Assembly (NCBI RefSeq): GCF_000143415.4
Contig: NW_003314263.1
Coordinates: forward strand, 1,886,749 to 1,950,748
From: Selaginella moellendorffii
Lineage: Eukaryota; Plantae; Lycopodiophyta
Reading direction: 5' to 3'
Length of the DNA stretch: 64,000 nucleotides
Shown here: piece after piece, positions 24,207 through 38,586 of the stretch
Layout: each line of letters opens with the position of its first letter
Position numbering within the stretch: position 1 is the first letter of the stretch
Program-made: the position numbers and the translations under genes
The notes under the pieces: model-generated
The model's database searches: none
The model's input: only the letters and a program-made list of their open reading frames with translations
What the model was told of the DNA's origin: nothing

Positions 24207-24377
24207 TAAGAACCCTAAAACTACGGACGAATATTCGTTTTTAAAATTTAAATTTTGCGCGCGAACTAATCCTCTCGCGATCTTACGCGGTCGTGATCAG
24301 TAGAATACATTGAATTCATGAATTGAGAGGAAAGAATGGCGGCAAATCCTGCGCAAAACCTACAAATCCCCTGTGCT

Positions 24378-25996
<1,619 letters not shown>

Positions 25997-26347
25997 CGCT
26001 GATAGGATTCCTCCTCAATTACTGGGAATCGGGTCGATCGATCGATCGATTGATCGATGGATCGCTTCTTCCTCGTGAGAAGATTGATGAGAAAAAAGAG
26101 ATTTTTTTTCGAGAGAAGTTTGCGGCCACACTTTTGCTCTTTTCAGTTTGGTTGTTTCGTGTGAAGTTGAAGGAAACTGTCGGCCACCAGAACCGCCGAA
26201 ACCGCCGGAACCGTCACTCGGCTAAGGCGGGCATATTCGATCTAGGATGACGTGGTTAACCGGCTGCCACGTCTGCCCATGAACTCCGGGAACTAGGGCT
26301 TATGTGTCTGGGTTTAGGGGCACGTTGTTTGGGGGTTTTTGGCAGCG

Positions 26348-27667
26348 ATGGCGATGGAGAGATGTGCCACCGCGCCGCCGTCCGGGTACCTGGAGAGCTT
26401 CAGCACATTCGAGGCGCCGGTATGTAACATTCTTGCGAGATTTTGCTGGATCGTTTGTTCTTGAGCGGCGGCATTGCGAAATCTCGCCTCTATTGCGAAA
26501 TTTTGCTAGATCGTTTCCTCTTGAGCAGCGGCATTTTGGTTTCTTCCAAGAGTAATGTGTTCTTGCCCTGGATTTTTTCCAGTTCCAGCCTGGTATGCGA
26601 TACATACCACATGATCTTGGCTATGAAGCTCCCTATCGACCGGGCAAGGCCGTGTCCTTCCCCGACGCCAAAGGTCGCGTATCAAGCTTGGATGATGGAT
26701 TGGTCGCGCGGACTCCAACTCTGGTATGCTTTCTCGCATTTCCTCTTTCTTGGGAATTTAATCTAAGAACGCAACAACGGCCAGACGATTCACGATCGCT
26801 AAATCGTTGCCAGGAGATTATGATTGAGATTCTTCGTCGAGTTTCTCTCTCCGAGTCGTCTGCAAGCTCGGCAACTTTGGGTATGAATCTTTCTTTCTCC
26901 ATCGCTCTAACATCTGAAGTTTTCTTTCTCTCGCAGTGGAGGCCTGGCATTAAACGCGTTGATCCTGGAAGTGGTTCTCTGAGTGAGAGGCCTTTCAAAC
27001 CAAGCTTGCGTATGGTGCCCGGTCCCGAGGACAACAAGCTCGCGCTGTGGAAGTCGAGCATACACAGTGTTGATCACGTAGACGAGAGCCTCGGGGATTC
27101 CAAGTGGAAGTCCTCGCGGCATCGGCCCTCGATATTCTCCGAGTGGTATCTCGACGAGACTGCCAACCCCGAGTGGCGATCCACCAGGAAGCCTGGAACG
27201 TATTTACACCAGCCCGAGTGGATTCCACCCTTCCGGGAGTACGAAGGCAAAGTTCCTCGCCGGGTATGCATTGAAGCTTTTTTCTTCTTCATTCGTTTTC
27301 TAAGACTTTGGTACCTCTGTGACAGTTCTACTCGATTGTTCCTGGTGAAGCAGCGAGAGCGGCAGCTGCAGCCGGTGCTGCCGCTGGAGCTGCTGGTGCT
27401 ACGAGCAGAGGCGGCCCGGTTGGGAAAAGAAAAAGCAAAGTTTACAACCAGTTCGCGACGACTTTACACTACGACGAGAACAAGAGATTTGTGGGAGGGA
27501 TCAAGATCGTCCCGAGGCCTAAGAGTGATACTCTGGGGCCTTTCGTGTCAGAGCAGACACCCAGGACAAAGAGGCAGTTTACCAGTCACATTTGTCACAC
27601 AGATGGCGTTAGCACTCTCATGAATCACAACCAGGATAAGGACTACAACTCGTACATATTCCACTAG
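26348..27667 (+). CDS. Hypothetical protein, ~4 exons, Pro/Arg/Trp-rich with repeated RP-x-(K/I) motifs
   Basis: ATG 26348 with GT-AG introns. The last junction 27263/27326 is in phase and gives an open final exon ending DYNSYIFH* at 27667. No domain recognised. Confidence 0.5.
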
Positions 27668-27814
27668 AGTACTCGCAATCGTACCGGCATAGCTGGGAGA
27701 ATATCGACTTGGAATTGGCAGGACTTCAAACTTTCTTATTCATCAGAAGTTCTTAACTTGGAAGTTGTGACAGATTCAAGCAGAAGAAATCAGCGTGGCA
27801 AAGCTTGCAGCGGT

Positions 27815-29155
27815 TTATATTTCTCCGTCCCAGAGCTCTTTGACGCTCTTGTATGGACTGGTGGAGTCGTTCACCCATTCATTCCCAGGCATGCCCCGTT
27901 TCTACACAAAGCAGACACGAGAGTTATGATCTTCTGCCAACAACGATCCAAGAACTTAGTACCTGGGAGATCTTGGAGAACTTTTGGAGGTCCTCCTCTG
28001 CAATGGTGAAATCGAAGACCTCCAGGTTGGACTTGAGACGGTCGGCATTGGTGCTCTTGGGAAGAACAGAGTTTCCAGATTGGATCCCCCATCTCAGAGC
28101 AACCTGTGCCGGGGACTTTCCAAGCTTCTCGGCGATCTCCTTGACAACCGGGTCGCTGAGCACACTCGTTCCTGTCGATCCAAGAGGCGAGTAACCCTGC
28201 GGTAAACAATGTTCTTGAGCTTTTCTTCTTTGATATAACCATAGCTCTTCCTTACCGAGAGATGGACTCCTTTGGTCTTGCAAAACTGGCGAAGCTTGTT
28301 TTGCTGCCACAGTGGATTGCATTCCACCTGGTCCACTGCGGGTGGAATCCTCGCGGTGTTGAGCAGATCTTCGAGCTTCTTGCAGGAAAAGTTGCTCACG
28401 CCGATCGCTCGGACTTTGCCCGAATCGACGAGCTTCTCCATCGCTCGCCAGGTCCCCGGGATGTCTGGAGCGATGAAGCTCTCGGGGCTTGTGTTCATTC
28501 CTTGGACGCTGTTCTTGAATCGAATAGGCCAGTGGATCTAGACAAGAGAAGAATCGTCAGCAAAAAAGTTTACAATCATCCTAGAGTTCTAAAGTTGACA
28601 GGCACAAAAGTTCTTTTGATCTTACGAGATAGAGATCCAAGTAGTCGAGCTGGAGATCTTTGAGAGTTGCCTCCAGCGCTTTTGGCACGTCCTCCGGATC
28701 ATGGTCGGTGTTCCTGGTTTAATTCCAACACAAGAGGTGAAAAAGGAGACACGAGATCTTCTTTGTTACCAGAGTTTAGAAGTAATCCACACATCCTCGC
28801 GCTTGACAATCCCGGATTTGAAAACTTCGCTCAAGGCCTCGCCGATCTAAGCAAGAACGCACGAATCTTTTAGAGCTTGAAAGAAAGAACTCAAAAGCTA
28901 CCACTTACCTCTTTCTGGTTTCCATAGACGCTAGCACAATCAATATGACGATAACCAACCTGATCAAATAACCACATTCAGTCCCGGATCCAGCGAAACA
29001 AAGAAAAGATTGGATCTTACTTCCAGGGCAGTCTTCACAGCCTTTCCAACCAAACCGGGCTCCGCTTGCCAAGTTCCAAGACCCACCGCCGGGATCGAAG
29101 CTCCATTGCTGAGCTTGAAATGGAATGGACCCTCCAATCCAGCCGACGAACCCAT
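27815..29155 (-). CDS. NADPH-dependent aldo-keto reductase (AKR4C-like), multi-exon
   Basis: [77 protein letters not shown]. Confidence 0.93.
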
Positions 29156-29761
29156 GGCACCAAGAAAAAAAATTTCCACCAAGCAGTGGCAAAAAGAAGA
29201 ACAAGAGAACTCGAGAAAACTCGAAGAACTCCTCTAGCAACCAAAAGTTTATATAGCTCAAGAAAGAAAAAGAGAGAATTCCACCTTTCTAATTGTCTGC
29301 TCGACACGTGGGCCAATAGCGAAACGCCATTCGTTTTTCATAAAGAGGAATCGAGCCGGAGACGTGTTCGTCTTCTAAGCAGTTTCACGAGAAAGGACTC
29401 GAGCCGTGGACCTGGTCGTGAACAAATTAAATGTCGCCCACTCGTTTCTCAGTGGTCCAAATGGATGGTCCCCGTTTTCTAGAATATGCGCGGAATAACC
29501 ATTTTACCGCGCTTTTGTTTATCCTTGGGAAAAGAATGTCCGTTTCAAAAATGCCGGGAGTGATTGACGGCCCAAATCTATCTCGCGGGGCGCACGTTAA
29601 TCTCCGCCCTTAGCTTGGAACTGTCGAGATTGCGCTCGCGCGTCTACACCGTTGATCTGGTAGGGTTTTTAAGGCATCTTATTTTATTTGTCTTGCGTGG
29701 AATGTGGCTATGGTGGAGCTTCCCGCGGCGCGCTTGAGCTCCTCCTCGGCGTCCTCGATCG

Positions 29762-32700
29762 ATGTTGGTGAGGGTAGGGCTCGCGGTCACTTGCTCGGTC
29801 GCGGCATTGGCGCTAAATCACATCAAGAGCAAGCGCGAGAGAGATGCCGCCGGTAGGTTTTCTTGGATGCATTGCCAGCGGATTGCCGATGCTCTGTGTG
29901 GAATTTTTGTCCAGAATTTCAAGCGAGGATCGCCAAGAAGAAGCAGCGCAATGACAAGGAGATCGTTGCCTATGGAGACAATCCAGCGCCGAGTGAAGAG
30001 GTATGCGATGTTGCGTAACAACGCTCCCAATTTTCTTTTTCTTTGTCATTGAATAGGAGGAAGAAGAAGTGAAGCAAGTTAACGTGGTAGTTCGCAAAAA
30101 CGAGAGAAACGAGCTGCTTCTTCCAGAGATCGAAGACCTTATATCGAATGGATTGGACATTTTTCCAGAGCCAGATGATGGGAAAGGTGGAATTAAACTC
30201 GTGGATGAGATCGGGGATTTGAAAGCCAGGCTCCAGCAGCTCCAGGAAAAAGAGAGGAAGCTCAACGCAGAGCTTTTGGATTACTATGGTCTCAAGGAAC
30301 GGGAAAAAGGCGTCAAGGAGCTGGAAGCTCAGCTTCTGGTAAAGGATGAACAGATTACTAGCCTCACGGCATCAATCCGGAAGTTGGAGGATGAAAAAAA
30401 GAAGATGGCCGACGACATCAAAGCCGCTAGTAAATCCAGAGGCGAGCTCAGTGAAGCAAGGATGAAGATCAAGGATTTGCAGAAGCAACTTTCCAGTGGA
30501 ACGGGAACAAATGCGGCACAGAACGCGGCGCAGATCACCATGTTAAAACAGCAGCTCGAAACACTTAAAGCTAAGGAGCAGAGCTCGATGAAAAGGAATT
30601 TTGAGATCGAGAAGAAAATGCAAACGTTGAAGGAGCTTGAGATTGAGGTGGTCGAACTTCGCCGGACTTGTAGAGAGCTTCAACACCAGAAACGAGACCT
30701 GACAGTGAAGCTTTCAGCAGCCGAAGCTCAAGTGTCTTCATTATCGAGCGTAACAGAGGTAAACAGCCTTCCTTCTTTCGGTTTTTCTTTAGAACTTGCT
30801 TCTTTCCTACACTCTTTTGGTTTTTACAGACTGAGCTGGTGGCCCGGGCAAACAACGAATCTCAAATTCTAAGACACGCAAACGATGACTTGATGCGGCA
30901 AGTTGAAGGCCTTCAAAATAATCGGTTTAGCGAAGTTGAAGAGCTTGTTTATTTACGGTGGGTCAATGCGTGCTTACGCTACGAGCTACGTAATTTCAAG
31001 GCAGCCGATGGGAAATTTACAGCTTTGGATCTCAACAAGAGTCTGAGCCCGAGATCTCAAGAGAAGGCGAAGCAACTTATGCTGGAGTATGCTGGTCCCG
31101 ACTTACTGGCAATGAGATCCAAGGAAACTCTACCGGACAGTGGCTATGACAGTCCTTTCTCGCGTACGTCCTCCGACAGCATTGACATGGACGACTCGCA
31201 ATACGGTAGTGAGGAATCCAGCTCCAAGAAACCTGGCTTGATCAAACGACTCAAGAAGTGGGGTCGTAGCAAGGATGATTCTCAAGTTGGCGATAAACCG
31301 AAAGGCGAGAAGAACAAGAGCCCGGGGCATAGGATTGCCACACCGGCTAGTCCTATGGGACCTCTAGAAACGATATTGCTAAGGAACAGCAAGGACTCTG
31401 GGATCACAACTTACGGTTCTGTGGACACGGATGGTGCTTCTCCAAACGAATCGCCTGCGAAGGGAAAGCAAGAGCCAGCAAAGTTGACGCCACTAAAGAC
31501 CAAGTCGGACGGCCTAAACAGTATCGCTGCTTCATTCCAGCTTATGTCACGGTCCGTTGTAGGCAGTGACGTTGCCGACAAGTACCCCGCTTTCAAGGAC
31601 AGGCACAAGCTGGCTGTGGAGCGGGAGAAGGCTATTAAAGAGAAAGTGGAAGAGATAGCAGCAAGCAAGAAGCCAGAGGCTGTCGCGAAAATGACGCCTG
31701 CGGAAGTTGAGAAACGAGAACTTCGGGTTGCTAAGCCACCTCCAAAGCCTTCCTTGGCTGGGCCACCAACGCAGACTGTTCTCCCTCCCAGGCTCGCAGG
31801 AACTGCACCACCGCCACCTCCGCCTCCTCCAGGTATTCCAGGTGCTCCACCCTTGCCACCGGGTGCTCCAGGAGCGCCACCTCCGCCGCCTCCCTTGCCT
31901 GGCATGGGTAAGCCACAGGGCCAAAGTGGAAGCAAGGTTCAACGAGCTCCCGAGGTGGTGGAGTTTTATCAGTCCTTGATGAAGCGAGACGCAAGGAAAG
32001 ATGCGGCAGTTTCTAGCTCCGGAAACGCATCATCAGAAGCTCGAAGCAACCTGATCGGTGAAATCGAGAACCGGTCATCACATCTTCTAGCGGTATGTAG
32101 CTTTGTCTTGCGTTATTTTTTATCTGACTTTTGTGTGGATTCGCAGATAAAAGCTGATGTTGAGACGCAAGGCGACTTTGTCAACTCACTGGCTGCTGAG
32201 GTTCGTGCTGCAGTCTACTCGAACATTGACGATATCCTTGCATTTGTCAACTGGCTTGACGAGGAGCTCGCATTCCTGGTATGGATAGTACTGTAACCGG
32301 GTTGTAACAGGCTATAACAAGAGCTTTTCTTGCAGGTGGACGAGAGAGCGGTCTTGAAGCACTTCGATTGGCCGGAGGCAAAGGCTGACGCTTTGCGGGA
32401 AGCTGCGTTTGAATATCAAGATCTCCAAAAACTAGAAGCGGACATCTCTTCCTACAAAGATGACCCCCGCGTACCCCGAGACGCCGCTTTGAAACGAATG
32501 TTTTCACTCCTAGAAAAGTAAGCGCTCCTTCCTTCTAGTCCCTGACTTTTTTAACTTCTTGTCCTTGCCACCACCACAGGGTAGAGCAAAGCGTATTCGC
32601 ACTCTTGCGAACAAGGGACATGGCTATAGCACGCTACAAGGAGTTCAACATACCAACGTACTGGATGCTCGACTCGGGACTTATTGGAAAGGTAAATGTT

Positions 32701-33049
32701 GACAGCACGCACATCTTTGTCTAAAACCAAGAGTTTTGCTTTTGTCTTTCCAGATCAAGCTCGCATCTGTCAAGCTAGCGCAGCAATACATGAACAGAGT
32801 TATAAAGGAGCTGGACTCTGTCCAAGATAAGGAGCCGCTACGAGAGTTCTTGCTCCTCCAAGGAGTCCGGTTTGCCTTTAGAGTTCACCAGGTAGAATCG
32901 CTAGCCAAGCTTTTGCAAACTTTCGATCCATTCGGCACTAATCCTGAGCTTGTTCTCTTCAGTTTGCTGGTGGCTTTGATCCAGAGAGTATGCGAACATT
33001 CGAAGAGCTGCGAAATCGTGCTCAAAGTGAGCAGCTCAAAAGGTCATGA
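29762..33049 (+). CDS. CHUP1: CHLOROPLAST UNUSUAL POSITIONING 1
   Basis: Hydrophobic N-terminus MLVRVGLAV, coiled coil, NRFSEVEELVYLRWVNACLRYELRN, proline-rich region, VQRAPEVVEFYQSLMKR, VDERAVLKHFDWPE, FAGGFDPESMRTFEELR. Confidence 0.95.
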
Positions 33050-33718
33050 AAGTATCCTAACCTTCAGTTTTGCTTGTATCTATAGTGTCATCTAACAGTG
33101 GGCCTGGACAAATGTATAATTAAAACTAATAATATGGAAACAATCTTTCTGTGGTTTTGATAGACAAGGAAATCTAGAAAACAAACATACGTAAACCAAT
33201 TCTATATATAAAAACCAATACATATAAACCAATTATATTGATTGAATTCCATTGCCTTCCAGTTGCTTGGAGCATGATCTCCAAAGGTGTCCAACAGCAG
33301 GGCGTACCAAGGCATCCAGTGAAGTTATAAAGCTCAAGTGGAACCCAAAATGCTCATCTTGCCATTAGAGATAGTATTCTGTCAAGATCATCGCCTGGTG
33401 AGTGTTACAAAAATGTGATGGGCTCCTTTTCTGGAGGCTTTGCAATCCTGTCACAAGTAATATCAATAGCAAACTCATAATCACTAAGTGTCTATGTTGT
33501 TAGCATGAGCAATGCTTGTGCCAAGACCTTGCATTTGAAGCTGTATTATATCATTTTTACGCATCCCTCGAGAAGGTAGAAGACGTCAACCACGTCGTCA
33601 ACCAGTGCCCAGCGTACACTAGCTTTGGTAGAGCGTGATCAGAATGGCAATAATAGACTTTAATAAATAATGCGTTTCTATAAATCGGCAAAACTGTAAA
33701 GTAAGGGTTTTAGAAAAC

Positions 33719-36700
33719 ATGTCGGCCCTTAAGCTCCTGACTGGCATCGGTTTGGAGGAGACAACAGCGAGGAGCGCTCTTGAGAACCCCACACTTCTGT
33801 CCGCTCTCATTGCCATCATCCAAGAGGTGAGCCCATCTTCTCAAATTGCTCTTCTTGTGTCTTCTCCAACCTCTCTTTCTGCAGGCCGGAGTGGACAGCG
33901 GCTGCGACAAGCACATTGGCAAGCTTCTGTATACGGTATGGTTTTTGCCTTTCTTTGCTCGGCGGAGTAAGATCTTCGACCTTTCTCTCTGCCCAGGTTG
34001 CCGCAAGATACATCAATGGCGATCGCCCGCAGCACCTGTCCACTGTCTTGAGCTACATCGCGTCTGGAAAGGTGGGAACCTTTGTGCTCCGCTTTCTGAT
34101 GAAAACAAAAGCTCATGTTTGTCCGTTTGGTAGATGCGGAGCCACCAGCTAGAAGCAGCTCTAGAGTACATCACTGCTGCGAGGCGCAAGTCTATTAATC
34201 TCACCAAGTTTGAGAAGGCATGCGGAATAGGTAAGTCGAGTGTTTGTTTATCTTTTTCTTTTCTGTTCCTGCTCATGCACGGTGTTCCAGTGCCTGTCGA
34301 GGATGTGAAGGCTGCAGTTGATACCGTGATCAACAGAAACAAGGAAAAGCTTCTGGCGGAGCGCTATGCTGCCTTTAAAAGTGAGCTTTGTGTTTAACTT
34401 TATTTCTGATCGCTTAACTTTCTTTCGGATCAACTTCCAGTGTCATCTTTGGTGGCGCAGGTGAGGGAGCTCCAGCCGCACGCTGATCACAGAGACGTGA
34501 AAGCGGCACTGGATGGGCAGCTCTACGAGCTGCTGGGTGAGAAAACCGGGGACGCACACAAATCTAGAAAGGCCAACAAAGCTCGTGTTCCCGAGCAGCT
34601 TCCAGAGGAGGACCTGGATCCGTTCTCCTCATTTCCGAGCCCCCTGGACAACACGGGGCCTCACGTCGACGTCGAGCTGAGCGATGGAACGGTCTTCCGC
34701 CCGTCCAACTCGAGGGAAAAGCTGGAGAAACATCTCAGCGCCACCGGAGGGGCGGTGGTCACGCGTTTTCCACCCGAGCCCAATGGATATAGCCATTTAG
34801 GACATGGCAAGGCCATGGGTATGAACTTTGGCTTTGCGTGCGGGGCCAACGGGAAATGCTACCTGCGGTGAGTGTGGTTGAAAAGCTTTATCCATGCATG
34901 TAGAGCTAACGCCTTTTGCTGTTTGGCTGTGGCAGGCTGGACGATACGAATCCAGAAGGCGAGAGTGACGAGTTCACTGCCAACATCCAGGATATGGTTC
35001 AGTGGCTCGGGTGGAAGCCATTCAAGGTACAGCCTCTTTCTTGCCAGCCTTTCTTCTTTCTGTACTGATACCTCACTGTGGATTTGCTTCAAAAGGTGAC
35101 TTACTGTAGCGATTACTTCGAAGAGCTCTACGAGAAGGCTGTCGAACTTATCAAGCGAGGTTATGCTTATGTGGACCATCAGGTGTGTGATCTTCGTCAC
35201 CTTGTCGAAAATCTCAACTCCCCGGTGGTTTCTTTCCAGACGCCGGCAGAAGTAAAAGAGTACCGGGAGAAGCTATTAGAGAGCCCCTGGAGGAACCGTC
35301 CCATAGACGAGTCCCTGGAGCTGTTTGAGAAGATGCGGGCTGGTGCCGTCCCAGAAGGCCAGGCCACCTTGCGCATGAAACAAGACATGAAAAGCAACAA
35401 TGGCAACATGCTCGATCTCGTCGCTTACAGGATCAAGGTAAATCTCTCTCTCTTTCTCTTTCTCCAAGTTTCCTCCCTGACGCTGGAATGCCTCTCTCTA
35501 GTTTGCCTCGCATCCTCGAACGAAAGACAAGTGGTGTATATACCCCACTTACGACTACTCTCACTGCATCGTCGATTCTCTGGAGAACATTACGCACTCG
35601 GTATGGACACTGATTCGTTTTTCCCGTCCTCCGCCTCACTTTTTTCCCTTGTCACAGCTTTGTACGCTGGAGTTTGAGACCAGGCGCGTCTCTTACTATT
35701 GGTTGTTGGACAAGCTTGACATGTATCTCCCGTATGTCTGGGAGTATGGCCGCTTAAACGTGTCCAACAATCTGCTATCCAAGCGCAAGGTGAGCTTCCC
35801 GTTCGAGCATTCACAGCGCTGTGACACTGTTTGTTTTGGCAGCTCAAGTATCTGGTAGACAAGCAAATGGTTGATGGTTGGGATGATCCTCGCCTCTTGA
35901 CTCTGGCCGGGCTGCGTCGAAGGGGCGTTCCGCCGAACGCAATCAACAACTTCTGTCGTGCTCTAGGCAGAACACGCAGGTTTTTTCTTTTCTTTTTTCT
36001 TTTGTGGAAGTTTAAACAGTCTCTGATCTGGGCTTTACAGTGACAATCTCATAAGCACGGACCTGGTAGACCATTTCGTGCGGGAGGAGCTAAACAAGAC
36101 AGCACCGAGGACGATGGTGGTCTTCCAGCCGCTGAAGGTTCGTCGCTTCACTATTTCTGTATTTTTCATTCACTCCCCATGCATGAAGGTGACGATCATC
36201 AACTTTGAAGGTCACGAACAAGACCAGGTTGTGGAGGCGAAGCGCTTCCCGGACGCAAACTCTCCCACGTACAAGGTTTGTGGAATAGAGATTTGCACAG
36301 AAGAAAGAAGAAATCATCTTTTCCGCTGGCAGATACCCTTCACCAAGACCATATACATCGAGAGAACGGACTTTCGAGAGCACGACTCAAAGGACTACTA
36401 TGGTCTGTCCAAAGGAAAGTCGGTGCTGTTGCGGTATGCGTTCCCAATAACTTGCGTGGATTACATCTGCGTGGATGGTGAGGTTGTGGAGCTTTTGGCA
36501 ACTTACGATCCCCTCAAGGCCATCAAACCCAAGGTAGTCTTCGAGCTCATCTTCGAGCTCATTGATCATATTTGCTTTCCTCCCGGTACTGAAGTTGTTC
36601 GATTCTTTTGCTCCAGGGGGTCATCCACTGGGTTCCCGAAGCTGCGCCGGGAACAAAGGAGCTGACGGTCGAAGTGAGGCTTTTCGGCAAGCTGTTCAAA

Positions 36701-37036
36701 TCAGAGGTAAAGTAGTGAGAAAAACCTTTTCTTTTTCATACCTTCGTGTGTGTGTGTAACTGCAGGATCCCAGGCTCCACAGCAACTGGCTCGAGGATTT
36801 TAATCCCCAATCCAAGGAGGTGATCAATGATGCGGTTGCTCTCCACTGCTTGAAGGATGTGAAGTGCGGGGATTGCTTCCAGTTCGAGCGCAAAGGTATC
36901 ACACTAATTTTTCTTCCTTGTTTGGGGACCAATGGCAAGCTCTGTTCTAGGCTACTTCGTTGTGGACCGTGATTCCAGCTCGCGCAAGACTGTTTTCAAC
37001 CGGATCGTCGCTTTGAAGAGCTCGTTTAGAGGATGA
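33719..37036 (+). CDS. Glutaminyl-tRNA synthetase (eukaryotic type, divergent paralogue), ~15 exons
   Basis: N-terminal appended domain ([17 protein letters not shown]), [100 protein letters not shown]. Confidence 0.88.
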
Positions 37037-37189
37037 TGGTCCACGCTCCGATGGGCCTCTTTCCAAACTGCTACCAATGCGAATCCTCGTAGTGCTTTAG
37101 GATGGTAAGCCCAGTTAAGTAAAAGAGCTGGAACTTAACTTGTTTTTGCAGGATCGATGCATTTTGCTCGTTGGAACTCGATCTTACAA

Positions 37190-37500
37190 GAGACAAATGT
37201 TTAATTAAAATAGAAACAATCTTTCTGTGGTTTTAAATCTCTAAAAAATGTGATTGTTCCACTTCTCCCACTTGTACCACAAACACGTCTCGCTCAGAAC
37301 ATGCTTTGGTATCTGTACAGCTGCTTCCGTCCCCATACACAAACCAATTATACTGATTGAAATCCATTGTCGTCTAATCTGTTGGATATTGAGATGTCGT
37401 GCCCACTTGCACATAATATCAAGATCGAGTGTCAGGGAAATTTGCAATATGTCACAAGTAGTATCAATAGCAAGCTCATGGAGTAAACATTTAATACCTT
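37190..37500 (+). repeat. Degenerate direct copy of the CHUP1-downstream segment 33105-33480
   Basis: Shared blocks GAAACAATCTTTCTGTGGTTTT, AAACCAATTATA(T/C)TGATTGAA, GTCACAAGTA(A/G)TATCAATAGCAA. Confidence 0.6.
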
Positions 37501-37666
37501 AATAAACTATTTCTTCGTTTCATTTTTGAATATTGTCTATACCATTACTTTTGTTCAGATGAGAAGACCAGCATACTTGGAGATGATCATCGAGACATCA
37601 TATTTTGTATTAGCCAGCTCACCTCCCGCAGGGCATATTCCAGGGCTGCTTGGCTAGTTCAAAAAG

Positions 37667-38269
37667 TTGATGAAGCGACGCGCAAGCTGCGCATCATCAG
37701 AAGCTCGAAACAACCTCAGTGAAATCAAGAACCGGTCATCACATCTTCTAGGTAGCTTTGTCTGCTTTCTGTTTGAATTGTTTTGTACGATCTAAGAACT
37801 GTGTAGATTCGTAGATAAAAGCTGATGTCGAGACACAAGGCGACTTTGTCAACTCACTGGCTTCCGAGGTTCACTGACGATATCCTTGCATTTGTCAACT
37901 GGCTTGACGAGGAGCTCGCATTCCTTACGGATTGTACCGTAACATTGCTGTAACAAGAGCTTTCCTACAGGTGGACGAGAGAGCAGGCTCGAAGCACATA
38001 GGCAAAAGCTGACTCTTTGCGGGACCCTGCGTTTGAATATCAAGATCTTCAAAAACTAGAAGCGGAACTCTTCCTACAAAGATGACCCTCAGCCGCTTTG
38101 AAACGAATGTTTTTACTCCTAGAAAAGTAAGTGCCTCTTTCTTGTTCTAGTTCGGCAACCGTTAACTTGTCCTCAGCACCAACACAAGGTAGAGCAACGT
38201 GTATTCGCACTCTTGCGAACAAGGGATATGGCTGTACAAGGAGGTCAACATGCCAACGTATTGGATGCT
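37667..38269 (+). pseudogene. Partial CHUP1 duplicate (copy of 31976-32669 including introns) with indels
   Basis: Near-identical blocks (GATAAAAGCTGATGT..GGCGACTTTGTCAACTCACTGGCT, GTCAACTGGCTTGACGAGGAGCTCGCATTCCT, GTATTCGCACTCTTGCGAACAAGGGA) with small deletions and frameshifts. Confidence 0.85.
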
Positions 38270-38586
38270 AGCCAAAACATTTAGAATTTTGCTGTTCTGC
38301 AAGTGTGGGAGTGACGACGCTCAGCTCCTCTTTGACACACTAGGCAAAGCAAACTTTATTCGATGATATCTGGATATACTTCCCAACGGGACGCAGGTTT
38401 AACTGGTGGATCTTTTTATTGGACACGGGAAACTGTGCGTATCCCAACCGGGATTCGGAAACAACGAGTCACACAGCTTATGGAGGCACACACAGTTTAA
38501 TACACAACTTAGTTTTCAGGATGTATCAACTACCATGACAGTTTAATACACAACTGATGTATCAACAACTAACAAAGGCAACTACA

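Noticed and set aside
38330-38560. Possible Helitron 3' end downstream of the second CRN-like gene (ACTAG at 38339; TCCC-AAC-GGGA hairpins; CAGTTTAATACACAACT repeated twice)
   Set aside because: The hairpins are short and too far from CTAG; the spacing does not fit.
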